Source of the DNA: a bacterium
GTDB taxonomy: Bacteria; Synergistota; GBS-1
Assembly: GCA_030153785.1 (NCBI GenBank)
Contig: JASKLF010000006.1
Span: forward strand, 86,405 to 150,404
Length of the DNA: 64,000 bases
Direction of reading: 5' to 3'
Part shown: positions 31,196 through 40,792 of the stretch, piece by piece
How the letters are laid out: every line of letters begins with the position of its first letter
Numbering within the stretch: the first letter of the stretch is position 1
Position numbers and translations under genes: made by a program
The notes under the pieces: model-generated
The model's database searches: none
What the model saw: the letters and a program-made list of their open reading frames with translations, nothing else
What the model was told of the DNA's origin: nothing

Positions 31196-31537
31196 ATGCG
31201 AGACCTATCACGCTTTAAACAACGACTTGAAGAAATGAGAGAAAATCTAAAAAAACGGCTGAAAGCAATAGAAGGAGAAGGATACCAGCACGTAGGGTCC
31301 GAAGAGGTTGATATCGCAAATTATATGAATGAAATGGATTCCCTCTTTAGGGAAAAGGAGGAATCCGAAAAAACCCTTAAAAGGGTTGAAAGGGCCCTAA
31401 AAAGATTTGAAAAGGGGACTTACGGACTCTGTGTTGACTGCGGAAAAGAGATAAGCGAAGAACGATTAGAAATAGTTCCCTTTGCTGAAAGATGTATAGA
31501 ATGCGAAAAAAAGCTTAACAAGGTAGGGAGGAAATGA
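31196..31537 (+). CDS. TraR/DksA C4-type zinc finger protein
   Basis: Coiled coil; GTYGLCVDCG..I...RL...PFAERCIEC. Confidence 0.92.
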   Translation: MRDLSRFKQRLEEMRENLKKRLKAIEGEGYQHVGSEEVDIANYMNEMDSLFREKEESEKTLKRVERALKRFEKGTYGLCVDCGKEISEERLEIVPFAERCIECEKKLNKVGRK

Positions 31538-31541
31538 AATA

Positions 31542-32825
31542 GTGGTAAGAGTCAGATTTGCCCCAAGCCCAACAGGTGCCCTTCACGTGGGAGGAGCAAG
31601 AACTGCCCTCTTTAATTGGCTTTTTGCCAGAAACCAAAAGGGAACTTTTATTTTAAGAATAGAAGACAGTGATTTTCAAAGATCAACAAAAGAAGCTGAA
31701 GAAACCATCCTTCAAGGAATGCTCTGGTTAGGGCTAAATTGGGATGAGGGCCCCTATAGACAAAGCGAAAGGCTAGAAATATATAGAAAGTATGCAAAGA
31801 AGCTTGTTGATGAAGGAAAAGGATATGAAGAAAAAGGTGCTCTGATCTTTAAAGTTCCGCCAGGGGAAACAAGCTTCAAGGATATAGTATGGGGAGAAAT
31901 AAAAATTAAAAACGAAACTTTAAAAGACATTGTCATGATTAAATCCGATGGAACTCCCACTTATAACTTTGCTGTTGTCGTAGATGACCACGAAATGGGA
32001 ATAACTCACGTTATCAGAGGAGAAGATCACATAGCCAACACACCTAAACAAATTCTAATTTACAAAGCTTTTGACTGGGAACCTCCTCAATTTGCACATC
32101 TTCCTATGATATTAGGTCCCGACAAGTCAAAGCTAAGCAAAAGACATGGAGCAACATCCGTAGCAGAATATAAAAACTTGGGCTTTCTTTCCGATGCGTT
32201 TTTTAACTACTTGGCGCTACTCGGTTGGAACCCCGGATTTGACCAAGAGATATTCTCACGTGAGGAGCTAATTGAACTTTTCTCTCTTGATAGAGTTATA
32301 AAAAGAGGAGCTGTTTTCGACATAAAGAAATTAGAATGGATGAACGCCCAATATATAAAAAAGACGCCCGGCGAAAAACTTTTAGAACTTGTAATGCCTT
32401 TCTGGAAAAATAAAGGACTGATTAACGATGATCACAGCTTAGACAGAGAATATCTCGTTAAGGTTATAGAGATAGTAAAAGGCAGATGTAAAACCTTAGT
32501 AGACTTAGCTGATTTTACAGATTACTTCTTGCAAAAAGAGATAACCTATGATAAAATTCTCTTAGACCAAGAAGTAAAGGGAAAAGAAAACCTTTTAAGC
32601 GAAATCGCAGAAAGATTAGAAAAGTTAGAACCCTTTGAAACAAAAAATATCGAGGCTTGTCTTCGGACTTTTGCCGAGGAAAAAAACATAAAGCTAAAAG
32701 AAATAGCGCAAGCCATAAGGGTGGCTATAAGTGGCAAAAAGGTTACCCCTCCTTTATTTGAAGTGATGGAAACCTTAGGAAAAGAGAGGGTTGTTGAAAG
32801 GTTAAAACGCTGGGGAATCGTCTAA
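31542..32825 (+). CDS. gltX: glutamate--tRNA ligase
   Basis: RFAPSPTG, HVGG (HIGH motif), IRGEDH, KLSKR (KMSKS motif). Confidence 0.97.
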   Translation: MVRVRFAPSPTGALHVGGARTALFNWLFARNQKGTFILRIEDSDFQRSTKEAEETILQGMLWLGLNWDEGPYRQSERLEIYRKYAKKLVDEGKGYEEKGALIFKVPPGETSFKDIVWGEIKIKNETLKDIVMIKSDGTPTYNFAVVVDDHEMGITHVIRGEDHIANTPKQILIYKAFDWEPPQFAHLPMILGPDKSKLSKRHGATSVAEYKNLGFLSDAFFNYLALLGWNPGFDQEIFSREELIELFSLDRVIKRGAVFDIKKLEWMNAQYIKKTPGEKLLELVMPFWKNKGLINDDHSLDREYLVKVIEIVKGRCKTLVDLADFTDYFLQKEITYDKILLDQEVKGKENLLSEIAERLEKLEPFETKNIEACLRTFAEEKNIKLKEIAQAIRVAISGKKVTPPLFEVMETLGKERVVERLKRWGIV

Positions 32826-32885
32826 GTGGCAGGACACGGGACTCTGGATCCCGGCGTGGAGGTTCGAGTCCTCCTTCCCCAGCCA
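32811..32885 (+). tRNA. tRNA-Gln(CTG), overlapping the 3' end of gltX
   Basis: TGGGGAA/TTCCCCA acceptor stem, anticodon arm CGGGA-CT CTG GA-TCCCG, T-loop GGTTCGAGTCC, encoded CCA. Confidence 0.95.
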
Positions 32886-32897
32886 TTAATAAAGGGT

Positions 32898-32973
32898 GGC
32901 CCCTTCGTCTAGCGGCCTAGGATGTCGGGTTCTCAGTCCGACGACACGGGTTCGAATCCCGTAGGGGCTGCCA
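32898..32973 (+). tRNA. tRNA-Glu(CTC)
   Basis: Anticodon arm TCGGG-TT CTC AG-TCCGA; encoded CCA. Confidence 0.95.
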
Positions 32974-33078
32974 TTTTTTTATACTATGAACCCCATTCTT
33001 CCCCACAAGGTTAAAAGGTAACGAGGAAATAAAAAATTAAGAGGAGAGAGCCATTTGGGCTGCCATTTAAATGAAATG

Positions 33079-33112
33079 AAGGGCCAAGAGGAGCGTTCCT
33101 CTTGGCCTTTTT
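33079..33112. terminator. intrinsic terminator
   Basis: GGCCAAGAGG-loop-CCTCTTGGCC followed by T5, between convergent units. Confidence 0.8.
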
Positions 33113-33117
33113 GGTTC

Positions 33118-34026
33118 TTAGAACCTGTTAACTAAGTAAACACCAGTTAGTATTAAAGTTCCTCCAAAAAGCAACGCGAAACTCAAAGGCTCTCCCAAGA
33201 TAAGAGAAGCGGATATCATCCCAACTATGGGCTGTAGATTCATGAAAATTCCTACCTTAGAAGCTTCCATAACATCTAAGGCATCATACCAAAAGGCATG
33301 AGCAAATCCCGTACATAAAACTCCTAAAAATAGAGTTGAAATTAAAAGCTTAAAATCACTTACAACAACTAAAAAATCCCCCACCCTACCCACAAATATG
33401 AAAGTAAATCCCGCAAGAACTAAGCCCCATAGAGCATTATAGAATATTACCACGATTTGAGGTATACTCTTATGTTTCTTCAAAAAAGCTCTGGAAATAA
33501 CGGAAAACAATGCCCAGTTAACCGATGTAGCCAAAATAATAATATCCCCGATGGTCCTTATCCCCTGCTTAAACACCAGAAAAAGGTCTCCCTCTGTAAC
33601 AACAACCAAAACTCCAATGAAAGAGAATAAAACACCCAAGGTTTTAAGAAAGCTAAAGCGCTCTTTAAGTAAAAATCTGCTGAGTATGGCAATAAAAACG
33701 GGAGCCGTAGCTATTATCCATGTAGCGGTAGAAGCCTTAGAAGTATAGAGAGCATAAGCCTGAACCCATTGATGCATAAAAACTCCCATAAACCCAAAAA
33801 ACAAAAACCAAGGAATAACATTTAGTGAAACACGCAAAGACAGACCTCTCCTCTTCAAGATAAAAAACATGACTATAACACCGATCAAGGTTCTTGAAAA
33901 TACTATAGAGAGGGGTTCCACATAAGGAACAAGATATTTAGTAAATACGAATGCCATACCCCAAACAGAAACCGTCAAAAGAATTTTAAAGTAAATACCC
34001 CAAGAAACATCGCTTCTTGAAACCAA
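33118..34026 (-). CDS. DMT/EamA family transporter
   Basis: About 10 TM segments in two EamA repeats (WG..F, LKER, WALFS, ILGE). Confidence 0.9.
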   Translation of the reverse strand: MVSRSDVSWGIYFKILLTVSVWGMAFVFTKYLVPYVEPLSIVFSRTLIGVIVMFFILKRRGLSLRVSLNVIPWFLFFGFMGVFMHQWVQAYALYTSKASTATWIIATAPVFIAILSRFLLKERFSFLKTLGVLFSFIGVLVVVTEGDLFLVFKQGIRTIGDIIILATSVNWALFSVISRAFLKKHKSIPQIVVIFYNALWGLVLAGFTFIFVGRVGDFLVVVSDFKLLISTLFLGVLCTGFAHAFWYDALDVMEASKVGIFMNLQPIVGMISASLILGEPLSFALLFGGTLILTGVYLVNRF

Positions 34027-34125
34027 CGTCTAACACCCCTTTTAAAGAAAGAAGTCTACTCCAAGCCCCACTATATTTTAGCAGTGAAAGAAAAGAAAGC
34101 AAGCGGTTACTCTAAACTGCCACCA

Positions 34126-35334
34126 TCAGCTTTTATACTTATCGACTAACTCCAAAAATTCTTCATCCGTCAAGGTTCTCTTTTTCTCTATACCAGCCTT
34201 CTTTACATCCTCCAAAAGCATCTTCTTCTTATCCTCTTCGAGTTCTATACCGTATTCCTTCAACTTAAAGTTAATCGAAGTCATGCCACTCTTTTTGCCC
34301 AAAAGGAGCTTAGCCCTTTTACCAAGAAAAGAAGGATTTAAAGCAAACATGGCAAGGGGAGCCTTAAATATCATGTCTGCTCCTATTCCAGATTCTCTAC
34401 TGAAAATCTCAGCTCCTACAATAGGTTTATTAGGTGGAACAGGAAAACCTGTAGCCTCCCTAACCAAATCAGAAAGCTCCTGAAGCTTCGAAAGGTCTAT
34501 CCCTATGTCTATCCCCATAAGAAGAGTTATAACGGTAACTATTTCTTCCGTACTACAGTTACCCGTCCTCTCTCCCATGCCGTTCACACAACAGTGAACA
34601 ACTTCGGCACCCGCTTTTAAAGCGGCAATGCTATTTGCAACAGCCAAGCCAAAATCGTTATGGGTATGAACTTCAACAGGAATATCAACTATAGATTTCA
34701 TAAGAGAAACAATATATCCCATACCTTCAGGGAGAGCACAACCCATTGTGTCAACAACAGCGATAGCATCTGGAAGAACATTCGCATTTTTAAGTTCCGT
34801 TAACAACTTAACAAGGTCCTCTTCCTCTGACCTTGTAGTATCAAAAGGAAAGAAAACAGTGTATAACCCTATCTCTTTAGCCTTGCTTAATGACCTTAAG
34901 CTTACCTCTATAGCCCTATCTATGGGCCAACCAAATTGGTACTCCAGCTTCGGCCTGCTTATGGGAACCTCGATGATAATCCCGTCAACCTCACAATCAG
35001 CGGCAGCCATAATATCTTCCTCTCTAGCGCGAACAAACCCAAAAATTTTAGATGGGAGCCCCAGTCTTTTCATCTCCTTTATAGCTTCCTTATCTTCATC
35101 TGAAACCACAGGCATACCACCTTCAATTCTATGAATTCCAACCTCACTTAATTTAGCAGCTATTCTAACCTTCTCATCCTTTCTCAAAACTACACCCGGT
35201 GTTTGCTCTCCGTCCCGCAAGGTAGCATCATGAATCTGAATCCTCGATGGCAAATTCCAACCCCTTCTAATTTCTTCCTTAAAATTATAGGGACTTACCC
35301 ACCAATTTTCCGATCTGTAAGAAGCCGCGCTCAT
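34126..35334 (-). CDS. LeuA/homocitrate-synthase-like DRE-TIM metalloenzyme
   Basis: DATLRDGEQTPG, HTHNDFGLAVAN, GMGERTGN; no C-terminal regulatory domain. Confidence 0.85.
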   Translation of the reverse strand: MSAASYRSENWWVSPYNFKEEIRRGWNLPSRIQIHDATLRDGEQTPGVVLRKDEKVRIAAKLSEVGIHRIEGGMPVVSDEDKEAIKEMKRLGLPSKIFGFVRAREEDIMAAADCEVDGIIIEVPISRPKLEYQFGWPIDRAIEVSLRSLSKAKEIGLYTVFFPFDTTRSEEEDLVKLLTELKNANVLPDAIAVVDTMGCALPEGMGYIVSLMKSIVDIPVEVHTHNDFGLAVANSIAALKAGAEVVHCCVNGMGERTGNCSTEEIVTVITLLMGIDIGIDLSKLQELSDLVREATGFPVPPNKPIVGAEIFSRESGIGADMIFKAPLAMFALNPSFLGKRAKLLLGKKSGMTSINFKLKEYGIELEEDKKKMLLEDVKKAGIEKKRTLTDEEFLELVDKYKS

Positions 35335-37178
35335 AAAATCCCCTCCTTAGTCTTAATTTTTGATAAAGCATATGTAAATAATACCAAACCAAGACCTAAT
35401 AAGTCGGTAATCAATCCCTCCTTTATCAACAAGACCCCCGCCACCAAAAGAAAGGCCCTCTGCCAAACTTTAAGTTCCACTCCAATATAACCCACTATAG
35501 CTGAGGCTATTGCGAAAACCCCTAATGCAGCGAAAAGAAAAGACCCCACAACCTTTATAAAGGTTCCCTCCAACAGTAATGTAGGACTATAAACAAACAT
35601 ATACGGTAGTATAAAACTAACCAACCCATACTTAAAGGCTGTCCATCCCACTTTATTTAGGTTTGCTTTTGCGATTCCAGCAGCAACATAAGAAGCAAGA
35701 GCAACTGGAGGTGTGATAGTCGAAACACATCCAAAGAAAAATACAAATAAATGAGCACTAAGCAAGGGAACACCCATCTTAACAAGGGTAGGAGCTACTA
35801 CCGAGGCTAAAATAAGATAAGCAGCAGTGGTAGGGAGTCCCATCCCTAATATTATGGAAAATACCATCGTCCATATAAGGGCTAGCAATTTAGCACCTGC
35901 CGAAAGAGTAAAAATCATGGAAGAAATTCTTATACCCAACCCAGTTAAGGAAAGAACCCCAACTATGATACCTGAAGCTGCACATGCAATAGCAATGGAA
36001 AGGGTATCCTTTGCTCCCTTTTCCAGGGCATTTAAAGTTTTAATTAAAAAGTCCTTATCAAACTTTCTTTTAGAAATCAAGTGAATGGCAAGTAATGTCA
36101 AAATAGAATAATAGGCAGCTTTAAAGGGGGAATATCCCCTCACAAGCACGTAAACGAGAACCGCTATGGGTATAATAAAATGCCATCCTCCCTTTATTAC
36201 CTCTAAAAATTTAAGCTCTACTTCTTCCGCCTTATATTCTTTAAATCTCCCCTTCTTAGCTTCCAAATGAACTATAATAAATATGGAGAGAAAATACAAT
36301 ATGGCAGGTAAAACCGCTGCTTTCATTATAGATACGTAAGGTTTTCCTATGATCTCAGCCATAATAAAGGCAGCAGCACCCATAATGGGGGGCATTATTT
36401 GCCCCCCAGTTGCTGCTACAGCTGATATAGCGCCAGCCTTTTCTGGCGAGTATCCCTCTCTTATCATCATAGGAATGGTTAAACTACCCGTTATAGCCAC
36501 ATTACCCGCTGCGGAACCAGAAATCATTCCCACCAATGCACTAAAAACTATGGATGTCTTCGCAGCAGCCGCTATAACATTCTTGGTAAGGGATGAAGCA
36601 AATTTATAAAGAAAATCACTTGCTCCAAACTCGCTTAAGAAAGCACCGTAAATACAGAAAAGAATTATATACGTTGAAGAAACCCCTATAGGGATACCAA
36701 AAAGTCCTTCTGTTGAAGCAAACAGAAAGCTCATAACCCTGCTTAAGCTATATCCCTTACCCTTAAGCACAAAAGGAAGATAAGGAGCAACAAAAGGATA
36801 AATTAAAAATAAAGCGCTTATCAAAGCTAAAGCAGTTCCCGCTGCTCTCCGCGTAGCCTCTAAAACCAGGAAAACTGTCAAAACGCCCAACCAAATATCA
36901 GACTCTACTGTAACTCCCCCACTCAATGCAATGTCTTCCCATCTTATCAAAATGTAGATACCGCTTAAAAGTGATAATACCAACAGAGCAACGTTTCCTA
37001 CAAACTTTAATTTGTTGTTTGTAGTCTCCTTTAATAAAGAAGCAGAGAAACAAAGAAACAGCATCATCATTAAGTGAAAAGCTCTAAGGCTCATTGCTGA
37101 AAGAGATATAATTCCTGACACATTTAGAATGTGAACTATAGAAGTCAAGGCTCCCATCCAAAATACTACATTTCTCAA
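35331..37178 (-). CDS. TAXI-type TRAP transporter fused permease (4TM/12TM)
   Basis: SGSAAGNV, GGQIMPPIMGAAAF, LGMGLPTTAAY, ITPPVALA. Confidence 0.93.
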   Translation of the reverse strand: MRNVVFWMGALTSIVHILNVSGIISLSAMSLRAFHLMMMLFLCFSASLLKETTNNKLKFVGNVALLVLSLLSGIYILIRWEDIALSGGVTVESDIWLGVLTVFLVLEATRRAAGTALALISALFLIYPFVAPYLPFVLKGKGYSLSRVMSFLFASTEGLFGIPIGVSSTYIILFCIYGAFLSEFGASDFLYKFASSLTKNVIAAAAKTSIVFSALVGMISGSAAGNVAITGSLTIPMMIREGYSPEKAGAISAVAATGGQIMPPIMGAAAFIMAEIIGKPYVSIMKAAVLPAILYFLSIFIIVHLEAKKGRFKEYKAEEVELKFLEVIKGGWHFIIPIAVLVYVLVRGYSPFKAAYYSILTLLAIHLISKRKFDKDFLIKTLNALEKGAKDTLSIAIACAASGIIVGVLSLTGLGIRISSMIFTLSAGAKLLALIWTMVFSIILGMGLPTTAAYLILASVVAPTLVKMGVPLLSAHLFVFFFGCVSTITPPVALASYVAAGIAKANLNKVGWTAFKYGLVSFILPYMFVYSPTLLLEGTFIKVVGSFLFAALGVFAIASAIVGYIGVELKVWQRAFLLVAGVLLIKEGLITDLLGLGLVLFTYALSKIKTKEGIL

Positions 37179-37193
37179 ATTAAACAGCCTCCC

Positions 37194-38075
37194 TCAAATA
37201 CCAAGTAATCTTGAAGGAACCTCCCTTGTCATAATATCCAACTCCTTTTTGTCAATACCGAATCTTAAAAGAACATAGCAGTATGCTCTTAATCCTTCTA
37301 CAGGAGATGGACTATACACCTGACCATAGTCTGTAATCAAAGCGCAATGTTGTGGCCCGATCTCCTTTACTATGCTCACTATCTCTCTCGGGTCCTGCTT
37401 TCCGTTATATGGAGAACAAACTCCATAGGAAAGAGTTAAGGTGGCGCCTAAAGAGGTAAGCTCCCTTAAAACAGGAATACTAAAATCCTCCGTCCACGCA
37501 TTGGGATGAGTTATCTCCAGCTTTTCGTATCCTATGGTTTTGCTCTCCTTAGCTAAAGCAAGACACTCTTGAGGAGATATATGTCCCGATGCCAGTATTG
37601 CATCATATTCCTTACAAGCTCTTAAAATTTCTTGAACCTCCTCTTTCAATTTTCCCTCTTCGTTCAATATAGAAAGGGGCTCAACCTTTCTACCAAAGGA
37701 AGAAGTATTAACATAAGCTTTTATCCAGTGACCCTTTTCGGCTTTCTTAATAGCATATTCTGCGTCCGTGGTAGGCAACCAAATCACCTTTCCACCAGAC
37801 CTAAGTGTTGCTAAAACCGTTCTTACATTTAAACCCCCTGTAGGTCCATTCAGAGCTATGCCCCCAAATACCTTAACACTTAATCCAAGTTGATTTGCCA
37901 AATGAGCACCATCAACTGTGGGAGCCAAATGGGTTTTTATAACTATGGCCTTCATTTTTCGAGAATCCGCTTCCTTAGCCAGTCTAAAAGCATCTCCATA
38001 GCGAGGAACATAATCAGGACCCACATGAATATGAAGATCTATCATGCCTTCCAAAATACCATCATCAACGAACAT
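37194..38075 (-). CDS. amidohydrolase-superfamily protein (DUF6282-like)
   Basis: DLHIHVGPD, IKTH, SGH, THP and TDYGQ metal-binding pattern. Start placed at ATG 38075. Confidence 0.8.
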   Translation of the reverse strand: MFVDDGILEGMIDLHIHVGPDYVPRYGDAFRLAKEADSRKMKAIVIKTHLAPTVDGAHLANQLGLSVKVFGGIALNGPTGGLNVRTVLATLRSGGKVIWLPTTDAEYAIKKAEKGHWIKAYVNTSSFGRKVEPLSILNEEGKLKEEVQEILRACKEYDAILASGHISPQECLALAKESKTIGYEKLEITHPNAWTEDFSIPVLRELTSLGATLTLSYGVCSPYNGKQDPREIVSIVKEIGPQHCALITDYGQVYSPSPVEGLRAYCYVLLRFGIDKKELDIMTREVPSRLLGI

Positions 38076-38091
38076 CCCTTTTCCTCCTCCG

Positions 38092-39051
38092 TTATTTTCC
38101 ACCTTTTTCCTCAAAATACCTTTTTGCACCGGGGTGAAGAGGAATAGGAGTTTTAAAAGCTCCCTCTGGGTCTATCTGCTTTGCTATTGCATTCATGCTT
38201 TGCAGCTCCTCCAAATGATCAAAAATTGCCTTGGTTACCTTATAAACGAGCTCTTCATCCATATCGGACCTTACAATCAACACATTCCTTATACCAACAG
38301 CCACAGCATCTTTATCTAACTTATAAACTTCTTTAGGAACAACTACCCTTGTATAATACGGATGTTTCTTCAAAATCCCTGCCAATTTATCCTCATCTAC
38401 GCTTATAAACTTTATCTTCTTGGTTGTAGTTAATTCCACAACTGCAGACGCAGGATAACCCGAAAGAGCAAGGGCAGCATCTACATTACCATCGCCTAAG
38501 TTCCTGAAACCATCACTATAAGAAAGGTAACTTGGAACTATATCATCCATGGTAAAGCCGTATTCCTCAAGAACAGCTTTCATAACCGGTATTGTTCCCC
38601 CACCTGCAGGACCAACAGCTAATCTTTTTCCCTTCAGATCATAAACACTATTAATAGGAGAATTTGCCAATGTTATGATATGAAGTATGCTTGGGTGGAG
38701 CGAAGCTATTGCGCTTATTTTTAACTTCTCCTTATACGGAGGCATACCATTAATACCGAAATAAGCTAAATTTGCATTTGTAAGCCCGAACTCTACTTCT
38801 CCGCGAGATACCAATCTTGGGTTTGCTACTGAACCTCCTGTGACCTCCGCTGTAACCTCCACATCTTTAACATATTTGTTGATGAGATTTGCAATGCTCT
38901 GGCCCAAAGAGAAATACGCACCACCAACGCTTGCCGTTCCAATACTCAAATATTTTTTCTCCGCTGTTAAGGCTCCCCCAGACACTCCAAAAATAAGAAA
39001 GGCCATGACCGAAATTACGAGCAATTTGCCTATCCACTTCTTACCCCCCAT
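38092..39051 (-). CDS. TAXI family TRAP solute-binding protein
   Basis: Signal peptide, IGTASVGGAY, TGGSVAN, PLHPGAKRYF. Confidence 0.93.
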   Translation of the reverse strand: MGGKKWIGKLLVISVMAFLIFGVSGGALTAEKKYLSIGTASVGGAYFSLGQSIANLINKYVKDVEVTAEVTGGSVANPRLVSRGEVEFGLTNANLAYFGINGMPPYKEKLKISAIASLHPSILHIITLANSPINSVYDLKGKRLAVGPAGGGTIPVMKAVLEEYGFTMDDIVPSYLSYSDGFRNLGDGNVDAALALSGYPASAVVELTTTKKIKFISVDEDKLAGILKKHPYYTRVVVPKEVYKLDKDAVAVGIRNVLIVRSDMDEELVYKVTKAIFDHLEELQSMNAIAKQIDPEGAFKTPIPLHPGAKRYFEEKGGK

Positions 39052-39054
39052 CGC

Positions 39055-39732
39055 CTATCCCCTCCTTAGGTTTTGTTTAACGATACCTCTATCCTTTAAA
39101 GCCTTTACAAGGCTTTCTGCCGCTTTTTTCCTGTGCTCCCTTATAAAAAATTCCAGCTCCTCCTTTTTCCTTTCCTTTATAAGCTCTACTATCTTTTCAT
39201 GCTCTAACAGAGATTCCTCTCCTCTACCAGGAGCAAGCATAAACACAGCCCTTGTTCTTTCCCATTTATTCCAGAGCTCCATAATTAACTCGTATAGCTT
39301 TCTATAAGGGGTTAACGAACAAATAAACGAATGAAAACTTTTGTTGAGGTTACCATACTTAACATAATCCTCAGATTCTAAAGCCTTTCGCATTTCATCC
39401 AAGAGCTTCTCTAACTTTCTCAGCTCCTTGTCCGTAAAATAATCAACGCTTTCTCGTGCAGCAAACCCCTCAAGAACCCCCCTTATAATGTAGGATTCCA
39501 TCACATCAACCTCATCGATCTCTTTAACCACAGGGCCAACATGCGTTTTAATCTCAACTAAACCCTCACTCTCAAGAATTCTTAAGGCTTCCCTGACAGG
39601 CGTCTCACTGATACCAAATTCCTGAGCAATTCTCCCAATAACCAGACGGTCCCCCGGCTTATAAACGCCACTAACTATATCTTCCTTAAGCTTTTCGTAA
39701 ACAATTTCCACCTTGGTTTTATAGATCATCAT
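39055..39732 (-). CDS. GntR family (FCD) transcriptional regulator
   Basis: SETPVREAL..LE.EGL HTH; N..FH and EH..I FCD motifs. Confidence 0.93.
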   Translation of the reverse strand: MMIYKTKVEIVYEKLKEDIVSGVYKPGDRLVIGRIAQEFGISETPVREALRILESEGLVEIKTHVGPVVKEIDEVDVMESYIIRGVLEGFAARESVDYFTDKELRKLEKLLDEMRKALESEDYVKYGNLNKSFHSFICSLTPYRKLYELIMELWNKWERTRAVFMLAPGRGEESLLEHEKIVELIKERKKEELEFFIREHRKKAAESLVKALKDRGIVKQNLRRG

Positions 39733-39863
39733 CCATCACCCATTATATAGTATATATCATATATAACACTTGTCAACAAAATTTTCCAAAAAAATTTTTT
39801 ATAACCTTACTTATAGAAGAAAACGCTCGTGCTATAATATAATTGAAAAACAACAGAATACAG

Positions 39864-39966
39864 CCCACGTTCCCTGGGGGAGCTCCTGCTAAGCGGGGCT
39901 GAGAGGAGAGCGCAAGCTCTCGACCCCTTGAACCTGATCCGGGTAATACCGGCGGAGGGAAACGGG
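39864..39966 (+). promoter_or_regulatory. TPP riboswitch aptamer
   Basis: GGGG...GCTGAGA...GACCC.TTGAACCTGATCCGGGTAATACCGGCGGAGGGA consensus, upstream of thiamine genes. Confidence 0.96.
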
Positions 39967-39984
39967 AAGTCAACCTGTAAAAAG

Positions 39985-40023
39985 AACCCTCCGCCTATAG
40001 AGGTGGAGGGTTAAATCATTTTT
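39985..40023 (+). terminator. riboswitch expression-platform hairpin
   Basis: AACCCTCCGCCT-ATAG-AGGTGGAGGGTT with a weak, delayed T tract. Confidence 0.65.
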
Positions 40024-40039
40024 AAAGGGGGTTACCGAA

Positions 40040-40792
40040 ATGAAGGACATTTTAATATCAAAGGCTATTTTAGAAAGTTTCTTTAATAAGCTCAGAGATT
40101 CTTTAGAGTTAGATGTAGCGATAGTGGGAGCAGGCCCAAGCGGTCTTGTAGCCTCTTATGAGCTTGCTAAGAAGAAGGTTAAAATTGCGATATTTGAGGA
40201 AAGAAACACCCCCGGCGGAGGCATATGGGGAGGAGGAATAATGTTCAACGAAGTTGTTTTAGAAAAGGAGCTTGAAGACTTCTTAAAAGAGCTTGATATA
40301 AAGTACAAATACGTTGAAGACTACATTGTAGTAGATTCTACCCATTTTGCATCTGCTCTTATATACCATACAACGACATGGGGAACAAGAATCTTTAATA
40401 ATATTAGCGTCGAAGATATTGCGATGCAAAACAACAGAGTCTGTGGAGTAGTAATAAACTGGGGACCGGTCAAAAAGTTAGGTCTACATGTAGACCCTAT
40501 AACAATCAAGGCTTCTTATGTTGTAGATGGCACAGGACACCCCGCAAATGTGGTTTCCCTACTTGTAAAAAGAGGGCTTTTAGAGAAGAAAACCGAATTT
40601 CCCATGAACGCGGAAGAGGCTGAAAAATTTGTAGTAGAAAAAACAGGAGAAGTTTTTCCTGGCTTACTCGTTTCAGGAATGGCGGTATGTGAAGTTTATG
40701 GGGGACCAAGGATGGGACCAATCTTCGGTGGAATGGTTTTATCTGGGAGAAGAATAGCAGAAATAATAACAGAAAGGGTGAACAAAAGATGA
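40040..40792 (+). CDS. thi4: sulfide-dependent adenosine diphosphate thiazole synthase
   Basis: [19 protein letters not shown] (His, not Cys), [15 protein letters not shown]. Confidence 0.94.
   Translation: MKDILISKAILESFFNKLRDSLELDVAIVGAGPSGLVASYELAKKKVKIAIFEERNTPGGGIWGGGIMFNEVVLEKELEDFLKELDIKYKYVEDYIVVDSTHFASALIYHTTTWGTRIFNNISVEDIAMQNNRVCGVVINWGPVKKLGLHVDPITIKASYVVDGTGHPANVVSLLVKRGLLEKKTEFPMNAEEAEKFVVEKTGEVFPGLLVSGMAVCEVYGGPRMGPIFGGMVLSGRRIAEIITERVNKR

Noticed and set aside
34126..35334. leuA/nifV gene symbol
   Set aside because: The HESGIH motif is altered and the transporter/GntR context argues against a confident biosynthetic call.
39741..39776. TATATA repeats as a defined GntR operator
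   Set aside because: They overlap a plausible TTGACA/TATACT promoter but are too low in complexity to call an operator.
39773..39973. 66-aa minus-strand ORF
   Set aside because: It is antisense to the TPP riboswitch and has no protein features.
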